Assembly (NCBI RefSeq): GCF_009834535.1
Contig: NC_045697.1
Span: 120,096,001 to 120,160,000, forward strand
Direction of reading: 5' to 3'
Length of the DNA stretch: 64,000 nucleotides
From: Camelus ferus
Taxonomy: Eukaryota
Shown here: positions 12,301-26,300 of the stretch, one piece after another
Layout: the number at the start of each line of letters is the position of its first letter
How positions within the stretch are numbered: the first letter of the stretch is position 1
The notes under the pieces: model-generated
Database searches by the model: none
What the model was told of the DNA's origin: nothing
The model's input: the letters and a program-made list of their open reading frames with translations, nothing else
Translations under genes and position numbers: made by a program

Positions 12301-12718
12301 ATGCCCATTGGGAGGCACTCGCTCCTGCTTGTCTTTCCAGCCCAACCCACAGGTTTCCCTCTCAGCACGGCCTGGAAAAACACTCAGGGATAATATGCTA
12401 TTGGTTTAATTGGAACCCAGTAGCTACCTACCGTTGTAGGCTCCTTCCGACATCTGGGATAACAGAAGAAATCATTGTGGGTCTGATGGAGATGGGTAAA
12501 CAAACTCCACGCATGTTTCAGGGGGCACAGGTGTTCCAAGGCTGTGGGACGTCGGAAAATTACCTCAAATTCTCATGGGGAATATCTCACTGCTGCTACG
12601 AAATTCAGCCAAACCCACAGCTTTACCTCGCAGCTAGGCGTGTGAAAACTCTCACGAAAAAGAAAATACTGGTTCTATTAGAACCCAGGCGCTGCTGATA
12701 TTTGTAGAATCCTCCCCA
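6363..12718 (+). repeat. HOR copy 2, 24-mer (6356 bp)
   Basis: Anchors at 6363 and 12719. Contains the monomer 1-4 block (e.g. TTTCTACCAGTGCCCCGGAGCTGCAG near 7106). Confidence 0.93.
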
Positions 12719-15700
12719 CACTCAGGATAGCAGAACACACCTTTGTGTGTGTGATGGTGTAGAAAAATACACTCCAGGCATATTTCTGGGGGTACAGCTG
12801 TTCCCAGGTTTGGAGATGTCACCTAATTACCTCCACTGCCAATGGGGAGGCACTCTATACTTCTTCACTTTCCAGACTAATTCCCAGCTTTCCTTTGAAG
12901 CCCGGCCTAAGGAAACACCTAGGGATGACAATATTAGCGATTCTATAAGAACCCCATCTCTACTGACAGTTGGAGGTACAACACACACTCAAAATTCTGG
13001 AACATGGCTTTGCTTGGTGGAGGTATGGAGAGCAACACAACAATAGGCCTGGGGGCACAGTTCCTCTCTGTCTGGTAGAAGTCCGCTCAATACCTCTACA
13101 ATCAATCTCTGGGCAAACCTGGCTAATTGGCTTTCCAGCCGAACCCCCAGTTTCCCTCGTATCCCGCCCGGGAATACACTAAGAGATTATAAGCTAGTGG
13201 TTCTATTGGAACCCAGGCACTGCAGACCGTTTTAGGAAGCTCCGCACACGCAGGATAACAGAACACTTATTTTGTGTCTGATAGAGATGTTAAAAATTCC
13301 ACGCATGTTTCAGCGGGTACAGTTTTACCTAGGTATGGGGAGGTCAGATTATTCCCATTAATGCCCATGGGGAGGTAATCGCTCCTGCTTGAATTTCCAT
13401 ACCATCCCCCAGTTTCCCTTGCAACCCAGTCAGAGAAAACAGTCAGGAAATATAGCTAAAATTTCTATTAGAAGCCAGGCGCTGCTGACAGTTGTAGAAA
13501 CCTCCCCATACACAGGGAAACAGAACACTTCTTTGTGTGTGAGATGGAGTAGAAATAAACAGTACATGCATGTATCAGGGGTGCAGGTGTAACCAGTTTG
13601 GGAGACGTTGGCTAATATCTCAACATCCCATGGGGATGCACTCTGTTTTCTTCGAATTCCAGCCCTACTCCCAGCTTTCCCTTGCAGCCCGTGTTAGGAA
13701 AACACTCAGGGATAACAAACTGAATCATTCTATCAGAACCAGTGCGCTGCTGTATGTGTGGAGGAACCTCCAAACACTCAGGATTCTGGAACACGGATTT
13801 GCTTGGTGCGAATTGTGAAGCCCCACAGCACACTCAATCCTGGGGCCCAAGATTTTCCCTTTTAGGGCCAAGTCCGCTAATTACCTCCATAGTCCATCTC
13901 TGGGTACTCACTGCTACTTGGATTCCCAGCCCAACCCCCATGTTTCCCTTGCAGCCCGGCCTGGGGTAACACAGAGTGAAAAGAAGCTATTGGTGCTATT
14001 CGAACCCATGCCCTGCTGACAATTGTGGAAACCTTCGAACACTCAGGATAACAGAACATATCTTTCTGTGTGTGATGGTGTAGGAAAACACACTCCAGGC
14101 ATTTTTATGGGGATCCAGGTTTTCCCAGGTTGGGAGATGTCGTCTTGATTCCTTCAGTGTCCATGGGGTGGCACTGTCTTCTTCTTCCTTTTCAAGCCTA
14201 ACTCCCAGCTTTCCCTTGCAGCCCGTACAAGTGAAACACCCATGGAAGACAAATAAGTGATTCTATCAGAACCCCGGCCTTGCTGTCTGTTGGAGGATCC
14301 TCCAAAGCTTCAGGATTCTGGAACACGTCTTTTAGTGTGGGGAGTTGTGGAACCCCAATCCACGCAGATGGATGGGGTCACAGATATGTCCCTGTTAGGG
14401 AGAAGTCCGCTAATTACCTCCACAGTGAATCTTGGGGCACTCGCTTCTTCTTAGATTTTCACTCTATCCCCCACTTTTCACTCGCAGCCCTGCCTTTTAA
14501 AACACTCAGTGATAATAAGCTATGTTTCTATTGGAACCCTGGTGCTGCAGACAATTGTAGGTACCTCCCCACAATCAGAATAACAGAACACTAATTTGAG
14601 TGTCTCATTTAGATGGGTAAACTAAATTCACGCATGTTTCCGTTTGTATAGGGGTTCCTAGGTTGTGGGAGGTCGGATATTTACATCCACTGTCCATGGG
14701 GAGTCCCTTGCAGTTGCTTGGATTCCAGCCCAACCCCCAGCATTCCCTCGCATCCATGCCTGTGAAAACACTCAGGGAAAATAGCTACAGTTTCTATAAG
14801 AACTAAGGCGCTCCTGACAGTTGTAGAAACATCCCTACACTAAGGAAAACAGAACAAAGCTTTGTGTGTGTGATGGATTAGGAAAACACAGTAAGGCATG
14901 TCTCTGGGGTTCAGGTGTTCGCAGGTTGTGAAATGTTGGCTAATTACCTCCACTGTCCATGGGGAAGTACTCTCTTCTTCTTCGATATCCAGCCCTAATC
15001 CTAGCATTCCCTTGAAGCCCGACCATGGAAAACACCCAGGGATGACTAACTAAATAATTCTATCAGAACCAGGGTGCTGTTGTATGATGGAGGAACCTCC
15101 AAACACTCAGGATTCCGGAACACGGATTTGCTTGGTACGAATTTTGAAGCCCCAGAGCACACTAATTGCTGGGGCCCAAGATTTTCCCTTTTAGGTCTAA
15201 GTCCGCTAATTACCTCCATAGTCCATCTCGGGGCATTCGCTGCTACTTGGATTTAAAGCCCAAACCCAAACTTTCCCAGGCAGACCGGCCTGGGAAGCAC
15301 ACAGGGAAAATATGTTATTGGTCGCAACGGAACCCAGGCTCTACTTACCATTGTAGGAATCTTCCCACAACTAGGATAAAAGAAGAAACTTTTGTGTGTC
15401 TGATGGAGATGGGTAAACAAACTCCAAGGATATATCAGGGTGCTTAGTGTTTCCAAGGCTGTGGGACGTCGGAAAATTACCTCAAATTCTCATGCGGAGT
15501 AACTCGCTGCTGCTACGAATTACAGCCAAGCCCACAGCTTTACCTGGCATCCAGGCCTGTGAAAAAACTCATGGAAAACAAAATACTGGTGCTACTAGAA
15601 CCCAGGCGCTCCTGAAAGTTGTAGAATACTCCGCACAATCAGGATAGCAGAACAAACATTTTTGTGTGTGTTGGTGTAGGAAAACACACTCCAGGCATGT

Positions 15701-18024
15701 TTCTGGTGTTACAGCTCTTCCCAGGTTTGGAGATGAGGCCTAATTACCTCCACTTCCAATGGGGAGGCACTCTATACTTCTTCATTTTCCAGACCAACTC
15801 CCTGCTTTCCTTTGAAGCCCGGCATAAGGAAACACCAAGGGATGACAATATTATTGATTCTATGAGAACCACCGCTCTGCTGCCTGTTGGAAGTACAACA
15901 AACACTCAAAATTCCGGAACATGGCTTTGCTAGGTGGAGGTATGGAGACCAACACCACAAGATGCCTGGGGGCACAGTTACTCTCTGTTTGGGAGAATTG
16001 CGCTATTTACCTCTACAGTCAATCTCTGGGCAATCCTGGCTACTTGGCTTTCCAGCTGAACCCACAGTTTCCCTCGCAGCCCGCCCTGGAAAACACTCAG
16101 AAATTATAAGCAAGTGGTTCTATTGGAACCCAGGACCTGCAGAACTTTGTAGGAAGCTCCGCACACGCAGGATAACAGAACACATTTTGTGTGTCTGATT
16201 GAGATTCTAAAATCTCCACGCATGTTTCAAGGGGTACAGGTTTTCCTAGATTGGGGGTGTTCAGATTATTCAGAGTTAATGCCCATGGGGAGTTAATCGC
16301 TCCTGCTTGGATTTCCATCATATCCCCCAGTTTCCCTTGCAACCCAGTCAGAGAAAACAGTCAGGAAATTTAGCTAATGTTTCTATTGGAACCCAGGCGA
16401 TGCTGAGAGTTGTAAAAACTTCTCCATACACAGTTTAACAGAACACTTCTTAGTGTGTGTGATTGAGTAGGAAAACAGAGTCCATGCATGTCTCTGGGGT
16501 GCAGGTGTAACCAGGCTGTGAGACGTTGGCTAAGTATCTCCACAGCCCATGGGGAGGCACTCAGTTTTTCTTCGTTTACAGCCCTACTCCCAGCTTTCCA
16601 TTGCAGCCCGGGTTGGAAAACACCCAGGGATGACAAACTAAATGATTCTATCAGAAATCAGGCGCTACTGTCCCTTGGAGGAACCTCCACACACACATGA
16701 TTAACAAACACGTCTTTGCTTGGGAGAATTGTGAAGCCCCACTGCACACACATGACAGAGGGCACAAGTTTTTCCCTGTTAGGTAGATGTCCGCTAATTA
16801 CCTCTACAGACAATCATGGGGCACTCGCTTCTACTTGGATTTCCATCCCAACCCCCAGGATTACCTTGCAGCCCGGCCTTTGGAAACACACAGTGAAAAG
16901 AATCTACTGGTGCTATTAGAACACATGCGAGGCTGACATTTGTGGAAAACTTCGAACACTCATGATAACAGAGCACATCTTTCTGTGTGTGAAGGAGTAG
17001 TAAAACACACTCCAGTCATATTTCTGGGGATCCAGTATTTCCCAGGTTGGGAGAAGTCGGCTAGGTTCCTTCAATGCCCATGTTGATGCATTGACTTCTT
17101 CTTCGTTTTCAAGCCCAACTCCCAACTTTCCCTTGAATCCCGGTCTAGGATTATACCCAGGGATGACAGTCTAAGTGATTTTTTCAGAGCTACGATGCTG
17201 CTGTATTTTTTAGGAACTTCCAGAAACTTAGGATTCTGGATCACTTCTATGCTTGGGGGTAGCTTTGGAGACCCACACCACAGAGATGGCTTGGGGCCCG
17301 GTTTTTCCCTGTTAGGGAGATGTCCGCTAAATACCTCCACAGTCCATCAAGGGTCACTCGCCTTCAACATGGCTTTCCAGCGCAAGTGCAGCATTCCCTC
17401 GCAGGCCGGCCTGGGAAAACAATCAGGGATAATAATCCAGTGGTTCTATTGGAACCCAGGTGCTGCAGAACATTGTAGGATTCTCCCCACAGACAGGAAA
17501 AGAGAACACTTCTTTGTGTGTCTCATGAAGTTTCGTAAAAAATCTCCAAGCGTGTTTCAGGCGTTAAGGTGTTGCTAGATAGTGGGAGTTCAGAAAATTC
17601 CCACCAATGCCCATGGGGAGGCACTCGCTCCTGCTTGTCTTTCCAGCCCAACCCACAGGTTTCCCTCTCAGCACGGCCTGGGAAAACACTCAGGGATAAT
17701 ATGCTATTGGTTTAATTGGAACCCAGTAGCTACCTACCGTTGTAGGCTCCTTCCGACATCTGGGATAACAGAAGAAATCATTGTGGGTCTGATGGAGATG
17801 GGTAAACAAACTCCACGCATGTTTCAGGGGGCACAGGTGTTCCAAGGCTGTGGGACGTTGGAAAATTACCTCAAATTCTCATGGGGAATATCTCACTGCT
17901 GCTACGAAATTCAGCCAAACCCACAGCTTTACCTCGCAGCTAGGCGTGTGAAAACTCTCACGAAAAAGAAAATACTGGTTCTATTAGAACCCAGGCGCTG
18001 CTGATATTTGTAGAATCCTCCCCA
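12719..18024 (+). repeat. HOR copy 3, 20-mer variant (5306 bp)
   Basis: Anchors at 12719 and 18025. The monomer-1 head runs directly into a monomer-5 tail (TTCCAGACTAATTCCCAGC near 12870); the ~1055-bp four-monomer block is absent. Confidence 0.93.
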
Positions 18025-21000
18025 CACTCAGGATAGCAGAACACACCTTTGTGTGTGTGATGGTGTAGAAAAATACACTCCAGGCATATTTCTGGGGGTA
18101 CAGCTGTTATCAGGTTTGGAGATGTCACCTAATTACCTCCACTGCCAATGGGGAGGCACTCTATACTTCTTCACTTTCCAGACTAATTCCCAGCTTTCCT
18201 TTGAAGCCCGGCCTAAGGAAACACCTAGGGATGACAATATTAGCGATTCTATAAGAACCCCATCTCTACTGACAGTTGGAGGTACAACACACACTCAAAA
18301 TTCTGGAACATGGCTTTGCTTGGTGGAGGTATGGAGAGCAACACAACAATAGGCCTGGGGGCACAGTTCCTCTCTGTCTGGTAGAAGTCCGCTCAATACC
18401 TCTACAATCAATCTCTGGGCAAACCTGGCTAATTGGCTTTCCAGCCGAACCCCCAGTTTCCCTCGTAGCCCGCCCGGGAACACACTAAGAGATTATAAGC
18501 TAGTGGTTCTATTGGAACCCAGGCACTGCAGACCGTTTTAGGAAGCTCCGCACACGCAGGATAACAGAACACTTATTTTGTGTCTGATAGAGATGTTAAA
18601 AATTCCACGCATGTTTCAGCGGGTACAGTTTTACCTAGGTATGGGGAGGTCAGATTATTCCCATTAATGCCCATGGGGAGGTAATCGCTCCTGCTTGAAT
18701 TTCCATACCATCCCCCAGTTTCCCTTGCAACCCAGTCAGAGAAAACAGTCAGGAAATATAGCTAAAATTTCTATTAGAAGCCAGGCGCTGCTGACAGTTG
18801 TAGAAACCTCCCCATACACAGGGAAACAGAACACTTCTTTGTGTGTGAGATGGAGTAGAAATAAACAGTACATGCATGTATCAGGGGTGCAGGTGTAACC
18901 AGTTTGGGAGACGTTGGCTAAGTATCTCAACATCCCATGGGGATGCACTCTGTTTTCTTCGAATTCCAGCCCTACTCCCAGCTTTCCCTTGCAGCCCGTG
19001 TTAGGAAAACACTCAGGGATAACAAACTGAATCATTCTATCAGAACCAGTGCGCTGCTGTATGTGTGGAGGAACCTCCAAACACTCAGGATTCTGGAACA
19101 CGGATTTGCTTGGTGCGAATTGTGAAGCCCCACAGCACACTCAATCCTGGGGCCCAAGATTTTCCCTTTTAGGGCCAAGTCCGCTAATTACCTCCATAGT
19201 CCATCTCTGGGTACTCACTGCTACTTGGATTCCCAGCCCAACCCCCATGTTTCCCTTGCAGCCCGGCCTGGGGTAACACAGAGTGAAAAGAAGCTATTGG
19301 TGCTATTCGAACCCATGCCCTGCTGACAATTGTGGAAACCTTCGAACACTCAGGATAACAGAACATATCTTTCTGTGTGTGATGGTGTAGGAAAACACAC
19401 TCCAGGCATTTTTATGGGGATCCAGGTTTTCCCAGGTTGGGAGATGTCGTCTTGATTCCTTCAGTGTCCATGGGGTGGCACTGTCTTCTTCTTCCTTTTC
19501 AAGCCTAACTCCCAGCTTTCCCTTGCAGCCCGTACAAGTGAAACACCCATGGAAGACAAATAAGTGATTCTATCAGAACCCCGGCCTTGCTGTCTGTTGG
19601 AGGATCCTCCAAAGCTTCAGGATTCTGGAACACGTCTTTTAGTGTGGGGAGTTGTGGAACCCCAATCCACGCAGATGGATGGGGTCACAGATATGTCCCT
19701 GTTAGGGAGAAGTCCGCTAATTACCTCCACAGTGAATCTTGGGGCACTCGCTTCTTCTTAGATTTTCACTCTATCCCCCACTTTTCACTCGCAGCCCTGC
19801 CTTTTAAAACACTCAGTGATAATAAGCTATGTTTCTATTGGAACCCTGGTGCTGCAGACAATTGTAGGTACCTCCCCACAATCAGAATAACAGAACACTA
19901 ATTTGAGTGTCTCATTTAGATGGGTAAACTAAATTCACGCATGTTTCCGTTTGTATAGGGGTTCCTAGGTTGTGGGAGGTCGGATATTTACATCCACTGT
20001 CCATGGGGAGTCCCTTGCAGTTGCTTGGATTCCAGCCCAACCCCCAGCATTCCCTCGCATCCATGCCTGTGAAAACACTCAGGGAAAATAGCTACAGTTT
20101 CTATAAGAACTAAGGCGCTCCTGACAGTTGTAGAAACATCCCTACACTAAGGAAAACAGAACAAAGCTTTGTGTGTGTGATGGATTAGGAAAACACAGTA
20201 AGGCATGTCTCTGGGGTTCAGGTGTTCGCAGGTTGTGAAATGTTGGCTAATTACCTCCACTGTCCATGGGGAAGTACTCTCTTCTTCTTCGATATCCAGC
20301 CCTAATCCTAGCATTCCCTTGAAGCCCGACCATGGAAAACACCCAGGGATGACTAACTAAATAATTCTATCAGAACCAGGGTGCTGTTGTATGATGGAGG
20401 AACCTCCAAACACTCAGGATTCCGGAACACGGATTTGCTTGGTACGAATTTTGAAGCCCCAGAGCACACTAATTGCTGGGGCCCAAGATTTTCCCTTTTA
20501 GGGCTAAGTCCGCTAATTACCTCCATAGTCCATCTCGGGGCATTCGCTGCTACTTGGATTTAAAGCCCAAACCCAAACTTTCCCAGGCAGACCGGCCTGG
20601 GAAGCACACAGGGAAAATATGTTATTGGTCGCAACGGAACCCAGGCTCTACTTACCATTGTAGGAATCTTCCCACAACTAGGATAAAAGAAGAAACTTTT
20701 GTGTGTCTGATGGAGATGGGTAAACAAACTCCAAGGATATATCAGGGTGCTTAGTGTTTCCAAGGCTGTGGGACGTCGGAAAATTACCTCAAATTCTCAT
20801 GCGGAGTAACTCGCTGCTGCTACGAATTACAGCCAAGCCCACAGCTTTACCTGGCATCCAGGCCTGTGAAAAAACTCATGGAAAACAAAATACTGGTGCT
20901 ACTAGAACCCAGGCGCTCCTGAAAGTTGTAGAATACTCCGCACAATCAGGATAGCAGAACAAACATTTTTGTGTGTGTTGGTGTAGGAAAACACACTCCA

Positions 21001-23329
21001 GGCATGTTTCTGGTGTTACAGCTCTTCCCAGGTTTGGAGATGAGGCCTAATTACCTCCACTTCCAATGGGGAGGCACTCTATACTTCTTCATTTTCCAGA
21101 CCAACTCCCTGCTTTCCTTTGAAGCCCGGCATAAGGAAACACCAAGGGATGACAATATTATTGATTCTATGAGAACCACCGCTCTGCTGCCTGTTGGAAG
21201 TACAACAAACACTCAAAATTCCGGAACATGGCTTTGCTAGGTGGAGGTATGGAGACCAACACCACAAGATGCCTGGGGGCACAGTTACTCTCTGTTTGGG
21301 AGAATTGCGCTATTTACCTCTACAGTCAATCTCTGGGCAATCCTGGCTACTTGGCTTTCCAGCTGAACCCACAGTTTCCCTCGCAGCCCGCCCTGGAAAA
21401 CACTCAGAAATTATAAGCAAGTGGTTCTATTGGAACCCAGGACCTGCAGAACTTTGTAGGAAGCTCCGCACACGCAGGATAACAGAACACATTTTGTGTG
21501 TCTGATTGAGATTCTAAAATCTCCACGCATGTTTCAAGGGGTACAGGTTTTCCTAGATTGGGGGTGTTCAGATTATTCAGAGTTAATGCCCATGGGGAGT
21601 TAATCGCTCCTGCTTGGATTTCCATCATATCCCCCAGTTTCCCTTGCAACCCAGTCAGAGAAAACAGTCAGGAAATTTAGCTAATGTTTCTATTGGAACC
21701 CAGGCGATGCTGAGAGTTGTAAAAACTTCTCCATACACAGTTTAACAGAACACTTCTTTGTGTGTGTGATTGAGTAGGAAAACAGAGTCCATGCATGTCT
21801 CTGGGGTGCAGGTGTAACCAGGCTGTGAGACGTTGGCTAAGTATCTCCACAGCCCATGGGGAGGCACTCAGTTTTTCTTCGTTTACAGCCCTACTCCCAG
21901 CTTTCCATTGCAGCCCGGGTTGGAAAACACCCAGGGATGACAACTAAATGATTCTATCAGAAATCAGGCGCTACTGTCCCTTGGAGGAACCTCCACACAC
22001 ACATGATTAACAAACACGTCTTTGCTTGGGAGAATTGTGAAGCCCCACTGCACACACATGACAGAGGGCACAAGTTTTTCCCTGTTAGGTAGATGTCCGC
22101 TAATTACCTCTACAGACAATCATGGGGCACTCGCTTCTACTTGGATTTCCATCCCAACCCCCAGGATTACCTTGCAGCCCGGCCTTTGGAAACACACAGT
22201 GAAAAGAATCTACTGGTGCTATTAGAACACATGCGAGGCTGACATTTGTGGAAAACTTCGAACACTCATGATAACAGAGCACATCTTTCTGTGTGTGAAG
22301 GAGTAGTAAAACACACTCCAGTCATATTTCTGGGGATCCAGTATTTCCCAGGTTGGGAGAAGTCGGCTAGGTTCCTTCAATGCCCATGTTGATGCATTGA
22401 CTTCTTCTTCGTTTTCAAGCCCAACTCCCAACTTTCCCTTGAATCCCGGTCTAGGATTATACCCAGGGATGACAGTCTAAGTGATTTTTTCAGAGCTACG
22501 ATGCTGCTGTATTTTTTAGGAACTTCCAGAAACTTAGGATTCTGGATCACTTCTATGCTTGGGGGTAGCTTTGGAGACCCACACCACAGAGATGGCTTGG
22601 GGCCCGGTTTATCCCTGTTAGGGAGATGTCCGCTAAATACCTCCACAGTCCATCAAGGGTCACTCGCTTCAACATGGCTTTCCAGCGCAAGCGCAGCATT
22701 CCCTCGCAGGCCGGCCTGGGAAAACAATCAGGGATAATAATCCAGTGGTTCTATTGGAACCCAGGTGCTGCAGAACATTGTAGGATTCTCCCCACAGACA
22801 GGAAAAGAGAACACTTCTTTGTGTGTCTCATGAAGTTTCGTAAAAAATCTCCAATCGTGTTTCAGGCGTTAAGGTGTTGCTAGATAGTGGGAGTTCAGAA
22901 AATTCCCACCAATGCCCATGGGGAGGCACTCGCTCCTGCTTGTCTTTCCAGCCCAACCCACAGGTTTCCCTCTCAGCACGGCCTGGGAAAACACTCAGGG
23001 ATAATATGCTATTGGTTTAATTGGAACCCAGTAGCTACCTACCGTTGTAGGCTCCTTCCGACATCTGGGATAACAGAAGAAATCATTGTGGGTCTGATGG
23101 AGATGGGTAAACAAACTCCACGCATGTTTCAGGGGGCACAGGTGTTCCAAGGCTGTGGGACGTCGGAAAATTACCTCAAATTCTCATGGGGAATATCTCA
23201 CTGCTGCTACGAAATTCAGCCAAACCCACAGCTTTACCTAGCAGCTAGGCGTGTGAAAACTCTCACGAAAAAGAAAATACTGGTTCTATTAGAACCCAGG
23301 CGCTGCTGATATTTGTAGAATCCTCCCCA
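18025..23329 (+). repeat. HOR copy 4, 20-mer variant (5305 bp)
   Basis: Anchors at 18025 and 23330; nearly identical to copy 3. Confidence 0.93.
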
Positions 23330-26300
23330 CACTCAGGATAGCAGAACACACCTTTGTGTGTGTGATGGTGTAGAAAAATACACTCCAGGCATATTTCTGG
23401 GGGTACAGCTGTTATCAGGTTTGGAGATGTCACCTAATTACCTCCACTGCCAATGGGGAGGCACTCTATACTTCTTCACTTTCCAGACTAATTCCCAGCT
23501 TTCCTTTGAAGCCCGGCCTAAGGAAACACCTAGGGATGACAATATTAGCGATTCTATAAGAACCCCATCTCTACTGACAGTTGGAGGTACAACACACACT
23601 CAAAATTCTGGAACATGGCTTTGCTTGGTGGAGGTATGGAGAGCAACACAACAATAGGCCTGGGGGCACAGTTCCTCTCTGTCTGGTAGAAGTCCGCTCA
23701 ATACCTCTACAATCAATTTCTGGGCAAACCTGGCTAATTGGCTTTCCAGCCGAACCCCCAGTTTCCCTCGTAGCCCGCCCGGGAACACACTAAGAGATTA
23801 TAAGCTAGTGGTTCTATTGGAACCCAGGCACTGCAGACCGTTTTAGGAAGCTCCGCACACGCAGGATAACAGAACACTTATTTTGTGTCTGATAGAGATG
23901 TTAAAAATTCCACGCATGTTTCAGCGGGTACAGTTTTACCTAGGTATGGGGAGGTCAGATTATTCCCAATAATGCCCATGGGGAGGTAATCGCTCCTGCT
24001 TGAATTTCCATACCATCCCCCAGTTTCCCTTGCAACCCAGTCAGAGAAAACAGTCAGGAAATATAGCTAAAATTTCTATTAGAAGCCAGGCGCTGCTGAC
24101 AGTTGTAGAAACCTCCCCATACACAGGGAAACAGAACACTTCTTTGTGTGTGAGATGGAGTAGAAATAAACAGTACATGCATGTATCAGGGGTGCAGGTG
24201 TAACCAGTTTGGGAGACGTTGGCTAAGTATCTCAACATCCCATGGGGATGCACTCTGTTTTCTTCGAATTCCAGCCCTACTCCCAGCTTTCCCTTGCAGC
24301 CCGTGTTAGGAAAACACTCAGGGATAACAAACTGAATCATTCTATCAGAACCAGTGCGCTGCTGTATGTGTGGAGGAACCTCCAAACACTCAGTATTCTG
24401 GAACACGGATTTGCTTGGTGCGAATTGTGAAGCCCCACAGCACACTCAATCCTGGGGCCCAAGATTTTCCCTTTTAGGGCCAAGTCCGCTAATTACCTCC
24501 ATAGTCCATCTCTGGGTACTCACTGCTACTTGGATTCCCAGCCCAACCCACATGTTTCCCTTGCAGCCCGGCCTGGGGTAACACAGAGTGAAAAGAAGCT
24601 ATTGGTGCTATTCGAACCCATGCCCTGCTGACAATTGTGGAAACCTTCGAACACTCAGGATAACAGAACATATCTTTCTGTGTGTGATGGTGTAGGAAAA
24701 CACACTCCAGGCATTTTTATGGGGATCCAGGTTTTCCCAGGTTGGGAGATGTCGTCTTGATTCCTTCAGTGTCCATGGGGTGGCACTGTCTTCTTCTTCC
24801 TTTTCAAGCCTAACTCCCAGCTTTCCCTTGCAGCCCGTACAAGTGAAACACCCATGGAAGACAAATAAGTGATTCTATCAGAACCCCGGCCTTGCTGTCT
24901 GTTGGAGGATCCTCCAAAGCTTCAGGATTCTGGAACACGTCTTTTAGTGTGGGGAGTTGTGGAACCCCAATCCACGCAGATGGATGGGGTCACAGATATG
25001 TCCCTGTTAGGGAGAAGTCCGCTAATTACCTCCACAGTGAATCTTGGGGCACTCGCTTCTTCTTAGATTTTCACTCTATCCCCCACTTTTCACTCGCAGC
25101 CCTGCCTTGTAAAACACTCAGTGATAATAAGCTATGTTTCTATTGGAACCCTGGTGCTGCAGACAATTGTAGGAACCTCCCCACAATCAGAATAACAGAA
25201 CACTAATTTGAGTGTCTCATTTAGATGGGTAAACTAAATTCACGCATGTTTCAGTTTGTATAGGAGTTCCTAGGTTGTGGGAGGTCGGATATTTACATCC
25301 ACTGTCCATGGGGAGTCCCTTGCAGTTGCTTGGATTCCAGCCCAACCCCCAGCATTCCCTCGCATCCCTGCCTGTGGAAACACTCAGGGAAATTAAGCTA
25401 CAGTTTCTATTAGAACTAACGCGCTCCTGATATTTGTAGAAACCTCCCTACACTAAGGAAACAGAACACACATTTGTGTGTGTGATGGAGAAAGAAAACA
25501 CAGTAAGGCATGTCTATGTGGTGCAGGTTTTCACAGGATGGGAAATTTTGGCTAATTACCTCCACTGCCCATGGGGAAGAACTCTCTTCTTCTTCGATAT
25601 CCAGCCTTAATCCTAGCATTCCCTTGCAGCCCGACCGTGGAAAACACCCAGGGATGACAAACTAAATCATTCTATCATAACCAGCGCGCTGCTGTAAGTT
25701 GGAGGAACGTCCAAACACTCAGGTTTCCGAACACAGATTTGCTTGGTGCGAATTGTGAAGCCCCACAGCACACTCATTGCTGGGGCCCAAGATTTTCCCT
25801 TTTCGGGCCAAGTCCTCTAATTACCTGCATAGTCCATCTCGGGGCACTCGCTTCTACTTGGATTTCCAGCCCCAACCCATGCTTTCCCTTGCAGCCCGAC
25901 CTGGGAAAACACAGAGGGAAAATATGTTATTGGTTGTAATGGAACCCAGTCTCTACCGACCGTTTTAGGTAACTTCCCACAACTAGGATAAAAGAATAAA
26001 CATTTGTGTGTCTGATGGAGATGGGTAAACAAACTCCAAGCATATAACGGGGTCCTTAGGTGTTCCAAGGCTGTGGGACGTCGGAAAATTACCTCAAATT
26101 CTCATGGGGGTGTCTCACTGCTGCAACGAAATTCAGCCAAACCCACAGATTAACCTCGCATCCAGGCCTGTGAAAACACTCATGGAAAACAAAATATTTG
26201 TGCTAGTAGAAACAAGGCACTGCTGAAACTTGTAGAATCCTCCCCACACTCAGGATATCAGAAGAAATTTTTGTGTGTGTGATGGTGTAGGAAAATACAC

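Noticed and set aside
10978..21950. Single-base indels in homopolymers distinguishing the near-identical copies (e.g. ATGGGAG at 10981, GACAACTAA at 21939)
   Set aside because: They cannot be distinguished from long-read consensus errors, so private ones were not used as lineage markers.
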